A DNA stretch of 37,824 bases from Planctomycetota bacterium. Lineage in GTDB: Bacteria; Planctomycetota; UBA11346. The DNA lies in assembly GCA_947470885.1 (NCBI GenBank), contig CANIXE010000001.1, forward strand, positions 1-37,824. Reading direction: 5' to 3'. The translations under genes and the position numbers were made by a program. Below are positions 27,349 to 34,558 of this stretch, one piece after another. The first letter of the stretch is position 1. Each line of letters begins with the position of its first letter. Under the pieces are notes generated by a model. That model was given only the letters and a program-made list of their open reading frames with translations. It did no database searches and was not told where the DNA came from.

Positions 27349-29442
27349 TCAGCCCTTTGCTGGACGTCGCCGCTGGACCGAGCGCATCAGTCCCAGGCCA
27401 AAGAACGCCAACAGGGCCATCGCCCCACCGGCACCGCAGGTGCCATGATCGTCTGAGTCCGGATTCGAAGGAGTCACCACCGGACCACCGGTCGTTGTGG
27501 TGAACGTACCGTCAACACTGGTCGCCAGATTCTCCATCGCATCCCGGCTGATGACCCGGAAATGATAGGTAGTTTCCGCCGCCAGACCCGTGACCACCAC
27601 CTGGTGGGAGGTGACCTGGCTGCTATCCAGCAACGTGGAACTGCCGTAGAAACTGGTCTGGCCATACTCCACCTGACTGTCGCTGGCTTCATCCGTGATC
27701 CAGGCCACGACAATGGAGCTTCCGGTGGCGGAGGTGCTGAAAATCCCGGTAATGACCGGGGGAATGCTGTCTCCCGTGGTGGTGAAAGCCGCGTCATCGC
27801 TGGTCGAAAGATTCCCTGCCGCATCCCGGCTGATCACCCGGAAATGGTAAACGGTGCCGCCCTGCAAACCGCTCAATGTCACGCTGTGGCTGGTATCCAA
27901 GGTCGGATTCGCCGGAGTCATGCTGCCATAGCCCAGCGAAGCACCGTATTCGACACTGCTGGTGCTGCCTTCGTCTGTATTCCAGGTGATCAAAGCCGAA
28001 CTGCTGGTCAGGAAACTTGACGTGACCATCGAGATCACCGGGCCAGAAGCATCACTGGCGATCTGCAATCCAGTCAACGTCACATCGTGACCTGTGCCAC
28101 CGACATAACTCAGCATGAAGGTGGTCCCGGGATTGGTTACCGACACGACCGTCGACCCCTCCGCGAGTCCCAGAAACGTCCCGCTCACCGGCCCGGCTCC
28201 GGTGTTGTGGATGATCGTCATCACCGATCCAGGCGTCGGTGAATAAGACGAAGTATCGACACTCAGACCAGCCCCATTGAGGGTTACCGAAGCGGCCGAA
28301 ATGGTCGCATACCGGGTGGGGGATTTCGTAACCACGTGGTAAAAACTGCCACTGCCCAACGTCAGCTCCGGGGTGGACCCATGCATGGTCATTGCGGTCA
28401 TCGTCTCATCGCAGGACAGCCGGCTGGTCGAACCGCTAACATGCACGGCGCCAACCGTGCATTCATTGGCCAAGACCAGGGTGCCGGCGGTGACCGTCAC
28501 TGGGGAATCCATGAGAATTCCCCAGATATGGATCTCCCCACCAGCCAAGGTGGTGACCCCCGTATAAGGATACGATAGCCCACTGAGGATTTCCGTCCCC
28601 TGGATGGATTGGCGCAGACCTCCCGTTCCTGAAAAACCGCCCGCGTAACCGGTAGGCACTGACTGCCCGGCGCAACCGAGGCTGTTTACTCCGAGTTGGA
28701 CCCTGGCGGAACTATTTGTGCCCGCCAAACCACCGATGGTTTCGCTGACTAGGCCATCCATCCCGGTGGCCGCAGATAAATCCAGGGTGCCCTGGACGGT
28801 CACCACCACGGAATCCTTGATCTCTGGTGGGGCTTTCACCTGGACGATGGCGCCAGAGTCGATCCACAGGGGACCGGCGATGGATTCCGCCGCCGAACTA
28901 TCGAGGACCAAGGTACCAAGAGCGACACTCGTAAGACCGCTCACCGTGTTGTTGACCGTGCCGTTCAATCGTTTGATTCCGACGCCACCATAGGTGATCG
29001 GTCCAGCCCCGGTGAGACGCCCTGAAAGATTCAAGGTCCCCGTGGCCGAGGCCACAGTGATGGTCAGGACCGCAGAACCTGCCGTGCTGATCGGCAGAAG
29101 GACATGAACGATGCCTGCGCCTTGATCATTGAGGTTCTTGCACGTGACGGCATTCCCGGAAATGGTGTAGGATTCATAGATGTTGAGCTGATCGATGGTC
29201 AGCCCGATCAGATCATTGACCGGTGCGCTTTTTGATGCGAACGGCGAACCAGCAGGAAAGACCATGATGCAATCCGGCGTCGGGAAGGCGTCCCAATTCC
29301 CGGCATCACTGAAATTGACGGTTCCACCAGCGGCGGTCCAGGTGGCGGTCGCAGCGGGCGCGGAAACACCGGCTGCTCCAAGCATAATCATGGTGAAAAC
29401 GGCAGACTGGAGGATCGACTGGACAGGGGAGATCGGGGTCAT
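27349..29442 (-). CDS. Secreted surface protein: autotransporter-associated beta-strand (PATR)-type repeats, two FN3 domains and a C-terminal Cys/Gly sorting signal
   Basis: It has a signal peptide and repeated G-T-L-x-L / GG-type beta-helix repeats. Two tandem FN3 units (..TWNTDEGSTSSVEYG..TVYHFRVISRDAAGN.. and ..AWITDEASDSQVEYG..TTYHFRVISRDAMEN..) follow. The tail is CGAGGAMALLAFFGLGLMRSVQRRRPAKG. Confidence 0.8.
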   Translation of the reverse strand: MTPISPVQSILQSAVFTMIMLGAAGVSAPAATATWTAAGGTVNFSDAGNWDAFPTPDCIMVFPAGSPFASKSAPVNDLIGLTIDQLNIYESYTISGNAVTCKNLNDQGAGIVHVLLPISTAGSAVLTITVASATGTLNLSGRLTGAGPITYGGVGIKRLNGTVNNTVSGLTSVALGTLVLDSSAAESIAGPLWIDSGAIVQVKAPPEIKDSVVVTVQGTLDLSAATGMDGLVSETIGGLAGTNSSARVQLGVNSLGCAGQSVPTGYAGGFSGTGGLRQSIQGTEILSGLSYPYTGVTTLAGGEIHIWGILMDSPVTVTAGTLVLANECTVGAVHVSGSTSRLSCDETMTAMTMHGSTPELTLGSGSFYHVVTKSPTRYATISAASVTLNGAGLSVDTSSYSPTPGSVMTIIHNTGAGPVSGTFLGLAEGSTVVSVTNPGTTFMLSYVGGTGHDVTLTGLQIASDASGPVISMVTSSFLTSSSALITWNTDEGSTSSVEYGASLGYGSMTPANPTLDTSHSVTLSGLQGGTVYHFRVISRDAAGNLSTSDDAAFTTTGDSIPPVITGIFSTSATGSSIVVAWITDEASDSQVEYGQTSFYGSSTLLDSSQVTSHQVVVTGLAAETTYHFRVISRDAMENLATSVDGTFTTTTGGPVVTPSNPDSDDHGTCGAGGAMALLAFFGLGLMRSVQRRRPAKG

Positions 29443-29492
29443 GGGAGCACTTTCACAGGAGTATTCGCGGTGGAGACGGGCACATGGGCACC

Positions 29493-29660
29493 TCAGTCCC
29501 GTGAAGAACGACGATGGAAGATGTACGACAACACGGCCAGGATGATGCCGATCACGGCCAGAATCTTACCGATGTAAGCCATGTCCTGGGCAATTCCGCT
29601 GAAGCCGAAAATTGCGGCAACGATGGCGATGACAAAGAAAACAATGGCCCATTGTAGCAT
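29493..29660 (-). CDS. DUF1328 (UPF0391/YtjA-like) small membrane protein
   Basis: 55 aa: MLQWAIVFFVIAIVAAIFGFSGIAQDMAYIGKILAVIGIILAVLSYIFHRRSSRD. AAGGAA RBS before ATG 29660. Confidence 0.8.
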   Translation of the reverse strand: MLQWAIVFFVIAIVAAIFGFSGIAQDMAYIGKILAVIGIILAVLSYIFHRRSSRD

Positions 29661-29725
29661 GATGGTTCCTTTCGGGGAATGATGGTAAAACCGATGCGGG
29701 ATCCGGTCGGTGAGGCTGGAGTCCA

Positions 29726-29929
29726 TCATCCCTGACGAAGGCGAATAAAGCCAACCAGACCGATCACGGAGAGCACACTGCCTCCGACGATCAGCCACAC
29801 CGTGCGATCGGTGTACTGGCCGGTGAACAGCCGTGAAAAGGCGTTGGGTATGGATTCCGTGGCATTCGCCCCGATCAGCAACAAGGCAATCCCCAGAATG
29901 AACAGGGAAACAGTGAGAAGAATCTTCAT
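29726..29929 (-). CDS. DUF3185-like small membrane protein
   Basis: 67 aa with two TM helices flanking the FTGQYTDRTVW motif. AAGGA RBS 7 nt before the ATG. Confidence 0.7.
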   Translation of the reverse strand: MKILLTVSLFILGIALLLIGANATESIPNAFSRLFTGQYTDRTVWLIVGGSVLSVIGLVGFIRLRQG

Positions 29930-30318
29930 GGCGTAATCCTTGGATGGAGCGTTGTTTTGAACGAAAAAAGCGCCGAAAATCTCTTAGCGAAGTCGATTCC
30001 AGGCCCTGGACGTCGAGCGAACGATGTCCGAGCACGTTCCGCGACCCACTCTAACCAGAGAGAAGGCCTGATGGTGAAAAATGTGTCCTGCAGATGGCAG
30101 TGGTTCTGGAGAACCGTTCGTGCAGGCGGACAATCCCCTGTGCCATCGGTCAAAGCACGGGTCAGTGCGACTCTTGAAAAGTCCGTGATGATCCCCTGGA
30201 TTCGCGCACCCCAGCAGGGCACGAATCCGCGATCCCATTCACTATCGAAATCAGCTTACCGTTGACCCTAAATGAGTACTTGCCGATTCCGGGAGGTCAC
30301 GATTCCCTTGGCATCACT

Positions 30319-32469
30319 TCAACCACCACCCAGTCCCTTCAGGCTGAGAGCGATGCGCTTGCGGATGAGATCCACCGTGAGCACCCGAACCTGGAGTTGC
30401 TGACGGACCGAAACCACTTCGTTGGGATCGGCGATGAACCGATCCGACATTTCAGAGATATGGATCAGACCATCCTGCTTAACCCCGACATCGACAAAGG
30501 CACCGAACCGGGTGACATTGGTGACAATCCCCGGAAGGATCATCCCGGGAACGAGGTCCTCTGGATGGTGGACCTCCGCAAAGCGGAAGACGCTGAACAG
30601 GGGACGGGGATCCCGACCTGGCTTGGCCAGTTCGGCGAGGATATCCCGCAGGGTCGGCTCACCCACCTCGGCATCACACCAGCGTTTCAGTTCAATTCCA
30701 CGGTGCAGTTCGGGCCGGCGCATCAGCTCACCAACTTCAACCTGGAGTTCCCCGGCCATCCGTCGGACCAGGGCATATCGCTCGGGATGCACAGCGCTGG
30801 CATCCAGGGGTTCACGACCCTCCCGCAGACGCAGGAAACCTGCGCACTGTTCAAAGGCCTTTGCCCCCAGACGGGGAACCTGGAGCAATTCCCGGCGGTC
30901 CCGGAAGCCCCCGTGTTCTCGGCGATAGGCAACGATGGATTTGGCCAGGGCCGGCCCGAGGCCAGACACCTGACCCAACAATTCCTCGCTGGCCGTGGAC
31001 AACTCGACCCCCACTCCATTGACGCAACTGGCCACCACCCGTTCCAGGCCTTCCCGGAGCAAGCGCTGGTCGACGTCATGCTGGTACTGACCGACTCCGA
31101 TGGATTTGGGGTCAAGCTTCACCAGTTCGGCCAATGGATCCTGCAAGCGCCGCCCGATGGAAATCGCCCCACGCACCGTCAGGTCCAGATCAGGAAATTC
31201 ACTCCGGGCCGAAACGCTGGCGGAATAGATGGAAGCCCCGGATTCAGATACCAGGACCACCGGGATGCCCAGTTGCAAGGATTCCAGGAAATCGGCGGTT
31301 TCCCGTCCCGCCGTGCCATTGCCCACCGCCACCGCCGCGGGTTTGTGGCTGGCGACCAGGCCACGAATGGTCCGAGCCGCTTCGTCTTGGCGTCGAGATT
31401 CGTGGGGGAAGATCGTGGTGCTGGCCAGCAGCCCACCCTGGTCGTCCAAGACCACTGTCTTGCCGCCAGTGCGCAATCCCGGATCCACCGCCAGCACCGG
31501 CCGCCGGCCAAATGGCGCGGCAAGCAACAATCCTCGGAGATTTTCAGCAAACACCGCGATGGCCTCGGCATCCGCCCGTTCCTTCGCCCCGTGGAGGACT
31601 TCGTTCTCCAGGGCTGGCGCCAACAGGCGCTGCCAACCATCCACCAGGGCCAGATCGATCTGTTCCCGAACCCGACCCTGATGACGGTCCGGACGCAGCC
31701 ACCGCTGGCGGAGGATGTTCAAGGCCAGCTCTTCGGGCGGTAGGGCCGAAAGTGACAGCACCCCGGACTCCCTCCCCCGGAGCATTGCCAGCAGACGATG
31801 GGAGGGGCAGCGGGCCAACTCTTCACTCCAGGCAAACCAATCCCGGAATTTTGCCGCCGCCTCATCGTCCTTCCGGCCACGGGCCACCGTGGACACCAGG
31901 CGGGCCTGACGACTGAATAATTGGCGCATTTCTCCCCGGGTGGGGGCATCCTCACTCACCGTCTCGGCGATGATGTCCCTGGCTCCGGCCAATGCCGCAT
32001 CTGCATGTAGCACCTCCCCCGTGATGAAACCCGATGGGTCCGGGAATCGCCCCCCCTCCAACAGGGACGCCGCCAGCGGCGCGAGTCCGCGTTCCCGAGC
32101 CTGCTGGGCCCGGGTGCGACGTTTCGGGCGGTGGGGAAGGTAAAGATCCTCCAGTTCCGCCAACTGTCTGGCCTTGGCAATGGCACCAGCCAGGGATGGG
32201 GTCAGAAGCCCGCGTTCTTCCAGGGATTGGAGGATCGCAATCCGTCGTTTCTCCAATTCCCGCAGACTGGCCATGCCATCCGCGATGGCGGCAATGGCCA
32301 CCTCATCCAAACCACCCGTCACTTCCTTGCGATAGCGGGCGATGAACGGCACGGTCGCCCCATCATCAAGAAGAGCAATCGTTGCCAGCACCTGTGCTGG
32401 TCGGACCTTCAGCTGGTCCGCTACTTTCGTTGCCAGGGGAAGGGGATCATGGGCGATATCAGCGGGCAT
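30319..32469 (-). CDS. tex: Tex-like transcription accessory protein (YqgF/HhH/S1 domains)
   Basis: Starting at MPADIAH (ATG 32469), the N-terminus aligns with Tex N-termini (..LLDDGATVPFIARYRKEVTGGLDE..). There is a C-terminal S1 domain (GMILPGIVTNVTRFGAFVDVGVKQDGLIHISEM). The upstream part of the 806-aa ORF runs through a non-coding repeat. Confidence 0.9.
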   Translation of the reverse strand: MPADIAHDPLPLATKVADQLKVRPAQVLATIALLDDGATVPFIARYRKEVTGGLDEVAIAAIADGMASLRELEKRRIAILQSLEERGLLTPSLAGAIAKARQLAELEDLYLPHRPKRRTRAQQARERGLAPLAASLLEGGRFPDPSGFITGEVLHADAALAGARDIIAETVSEDAPTRGEMRQLFSRQARLVSTVARGRKDDEAAAKFRDWFAWSEELARCPSHRLLAMLRGRESGVLSLSALPPEELALNILRQRWLRPDRHQGRVREQIDLALVDGWQRLLAPALENEVLHGAKERADAEAIAVFAENLRGLLLAAPFGRRPVLAVDPGLRTGGKTVVLDDQGGLLASTTIFPHESRRQDEAARTIRGLVASHKPAAVAVGNGTAGRETADFLESLQLGIPVVLVSESGASIYSASVSARSEFPDLDLTVRGAISIGRRLQDPLAELVKLDPKSIGVGQYQHDVDQRLLREGLERVVASCVNGVGVELSTASEELLGQVSGLGPALAKSIVAYRREHGGFRDRRELLQVPRLGAKAFEQCAGFLRLREGREPLDASAVHPERYALVRRMAGELQVEVGELMRRPELHRGIELKRWCDAEVGEPTLRDILAELAKPGRDPRPLFSVFRFAEVHHPEDLVPGMILPGIVTNVTRFGAFVDVGVKQDGLIHISEMSDRFIADPNEVVSVRQQLQVRVLTVDLIRKRIALSLKGLGGG

Positions 32470-32523
32470 GGCTCCATGGTGCCAGATAATCCCAGACACC
32501 AAGGAGGTTCCCCCGGAGAATAA

Positions 32524-32696
32524 CAGGGCGCCGCAATGGAACGCTGAATGTCCATGACGGAGCACTCTTTGCGGCGCCAGTCTGGTCGTCCGGTCGTCCG
32601 GTCGTCCACCAGCAGTGAGTCTTTCGGATATTCCCGCTGAACATTTGGCTTCAATGACGACCGGACGACCGGACATTTTCATTGAGGTCCCCTGCG
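32524..32696 (-). repeat. Structured intergenic repeat, copy A (full length, in the tex 5' leader region)
   Basis: Its reverse complement matches 33592-33756 with 9 substitutions and one 8-nt indel. It contains a GC-clamp hairpin (32527-32536 / 32569-32578), three tandem GGTCGTCC units (32584-32607), and the complementary 19-nt arm (32657-32675). Confidence 0.85.
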
Positions 32697-32739
32697 GAGA
32701 ATAGTTCGGTATCCGCACCATGGATGCCGGCAACACCAC

Positions 32740-32772
32740 AAAAAAAAGCCCTGATCCAAAATGGATCAGGGC
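32740..32772 (-). terminator. Intrinsic terminator of the HTH/H1-like gene
   Basis: On the minus strand, the GCCCTGATCCA TTT TGGATCAGGGC hairpin is followed by T8. Confidence 0.8.
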
Positions 32773-32807
32773 AGAAAAGCCATTATCCCACAGGGACTAA
32801 CGGAATT

Positions 32808-33287
32808 TCACGCATCCAGGATCATCGCAATGACCTTGCGCTTGTCGTCCGAGGCCTGGTGGACCGCAACGGCGAGGTCATCCGCGAAGACCCCCACCAG
32901 ATCACCCAGAGAAACCGAGGCGAGGTCCACTTCCTTGGCCCGCTTGGGAGCTTTAGCCGCCTTGGCTGGCTTCGCGACTTTGGGAGCCTGGACCGCTTTG
33001 GCGGCCTTGGGCGATTTCTCCGACTTGGCGGATTTCCCTGCCTTGGCCTTACGACCCTTTTTAGCGGGAGCATCTGCCTTCCCCACCAACGCTTTGACCT
33101 GCTCCAGATCCAGGCCAAGGAACGTGGCGTATTTGGCCAACGTCGCTGCATTGGGAACACGCCGACCGGCCATGACATCGGCCAAAGCCTGGGCGCCGAC
33201 GCCGATGGTTTTGGCCAAGGCAGCGGTCGAAATCTTCAGTTCCGACTTCTTGGCAGCGATGGCGAGGGAAAATTGGGATTTGCTCAT
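32808..33287 (-). CDS. XRE-type HTH protein with a histone-H1-like Lys/Ala/Pro-rich central tract
   Basis: 159 aa from ATG 33287. The N-terminal HTH (FSLAIAAKKSELKISTAALAKTIGVGAQALADVMAGRRVPNAATLAKYATFLGL) is followed by APAKKGRKAKAGKSAKSEKSPKAAKAVQAPKVAKPAKAAKAPKRAK and a short acidic C-terminal domain. Confidence 0.7.
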   Translation of the reverse strand: MSKSQFSLAIAAKKSELKISTAALAKTIGVGAQALADVMAGRRVPNAATLAKYATFLGLDLEQVKALVGKADAPAKKGRKAKAGKSAKSEKSPKAAKAVQAPKVAKPAKAAKAPKRAKEVDLASVSLGDLVGVFADDLAVAVHQASDDKRKVIAMILDA

Positions 33288-33322
33288 GGCACACTTTCTA
33301 ACAACACTCCGATAACATGACA

Positions 33323-33351
33323 ATCGTAAATATTCCTTTTGTCGATCCCAA
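33323..33351 (-). promoter_or_regulatory. Candidate sigma70-like promoter for the HTH/H1-like gene
   Basis: On the minus strand, TTGGGA - 17 nt - TACGAT ends 35 nt upstream of ATG 33287, in a locally AT-rich segment. Promoter consensus in this lineage is uncertain. Confidence 0.3.
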
Positions 33352-33591
33352 ACATCATAGGCGATGATTGGCTCTGCGATTCTCGTTCGACATCACACCT
33401 GCATGGCACATCACCTCCGAAACCAACAATGTCCCATGCCGGCTTGACCAAACCGTGACAATAATCTGGTCAACGTTGCCACAAAATTGCGGCTCAAGAA
33501 TGCTCATGACGTCTGGTTTTCATGGGAATTCACCCGATTTAAACCTGAACCCATATGCCAGGGAAAGCGCTGTTCAGAACACGCCCCTGAT

Positions 33592-33756
33592 CGCAGAGGA
33601 CCTCAATGAAAATGTCCGGTCGTCCGGTCGTCATTGAAGCCAAATGTTCAGCGGGAATTTCCGAAAGACTCACTGCTGGTGGACGACCGGACGATCGGAC
33701 TGACGCCGCAAAGAGTGCTCCGTCATGGACCTCCAGCCTTCCATCGCGGCGCCCTG
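33592..33756 (+). repeat. Structured intergenic repeat, copy B (full length, inverted relative to copy A)
   Basis: It has the same architecture as copy A: local helix TCAATGA (33603-33609) / TCATTGA (33631-33637), arm1 33614-33632, arm2 33682-33700, and a clamp hairpin at 33702-33753. No plus-strand gene lies downstream. Confidence 0.85.
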
Positions 33757-33859
33757 CACCTGATCGTGCCTGGAAGTTGACCCCATGTCTGGCCACACGC
33801 ACCACCCGCTTCGGGAAAGAAATCTTGAGCTGGATGCATATTTCCGCCTCATTTCCCAA

Positions 33860-34558
33860 TCATGAACGGCTATCCAGCGGGTGATAGGACTGCTTGATCT
33901 CGGTGGTCGGCTCAACCCGGTCGGCTGCCCCAAGATGTTTCCAACCAGCCATCAAACCCTGGAGACGCCAATGGCGATCCATTGGCTTATCACGGACCAA
34001 GGTCGTCATTCCACAAGGATGCCAATCCACCACCACCGTCTTTCCGGTCATCGCATTGAACAACTCCTTCAGGATTATTTCATGGGAGACAACCACCAGG
34101 CGCTGGGGGAAAGGCTTCAACGCCTTCCATTCCGCCACCATCTTGGCGATCCGCTGGGCAAGGGTTACATCAGATTCGGGATGGGCAGGCTTTCCAGCCC
34201 CCTCCCGCCGCGATTCCCATTCCGGATCCATGGACCCATTCGGACTGAATGGACTGCCCAAGACCTGGGAAAGGAGCACCTCCCCCACCCGCCAATCTGG
34301 AACCACCGGACAATCGCAGGCGGCAGCGATGCGGTCGGCAGTTTCCAGGCAACGTCGGAACGGTGAGGAAACCACCTGAATCGCTCCCCCGGAGGCTTTG
34401 ACTTGAACTGCTGTCAACTCCGCTTGCTGAACACCAATCTCCGCCAAAGCAGGATCCAGACGTTGGTAGGCCGGACTGCCCCTGACTTTGAGCTGTTGGT
34501 CCCAGGAAATCTGGTAGCCGTGACGGATTAGGGTGATGCTCTGCATAATGGAAAGCAT
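33860..34558 (-). CDS. Histidine phosphatase (phosphoglycerate mutase-like) family protein
   Basis: RHG motif (ITLIRHG) near the N-terminus and VVVSHEIIL later. The start is ambiguous (34546, 34558 or 34588). GC3 is lower than in surrounding genes. Confidence 0.7.
   Translation of the reverse strand: MLSIMQSITLIRHGYQISWDQQLKVRGSPAYQRLDPALAEIGVQQAELTAVQVKASGGAIQVVSSPFRRCLETADRIAAACDCPVVPDWRVGEVLLSQVLGSPFSPNGSMDPEWESRREGAGKPAHPESDVTLAQRIAKMVAEWKALKPFPQRLVVVSHEIILKELFNAMTGKTVVVDWHPCGMTTLVRDKPMDRHWRLQGLMAGWKHLGAADRVEPTTEIKQSYHPLDSRS

Noticed and set aside
32584-32675. GGTCGTCC / GACGACCGGAC repeats as a CRISPR array or integron attC sites.
   Set aside because: The units are 8 nt and directly abutting, with no spacers, and there are no cas genes. 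attC sites would occur in direct orientation after each cassette ORF next to an intI gene, which is not the case here.
32470-32739. N-terminal extension of the tex ORF, and the related ORFs 33606-33884(+) and 37529-37774(-), which share MKMSGRPVVIEAKCSAG.. or ..FHCGAL.. peptides. These could be read as a conserved small protein.
   Set aside because: The similarity is at nucleotide level. Copies A and B differ by an 8-nt indel that shifts the frame, so the downstream peptides diverge completely. Substitutions show no third-position bias. Tex homology starts at MPADIAH.
32524-33756. Copies A and B as the inverted ends of an IS, MITE or composite transposon.
   Set aside because: No transposase or recombinase ORF lies between or near them. 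The flanks (..GAGAATAA | and | CACCTGAT..) are not a direct duplication. Each element lacks terminal inverted repeats of its own.
33785-33865. A 26-aa ORF (MSGHTHHPLRERNLELDAYFRLISQS) downstream of repeat copy B that might have given B a downstream gene.
   Set aside because: It is too short, has no RBS, and has no equivalent downstream of copies A or C.
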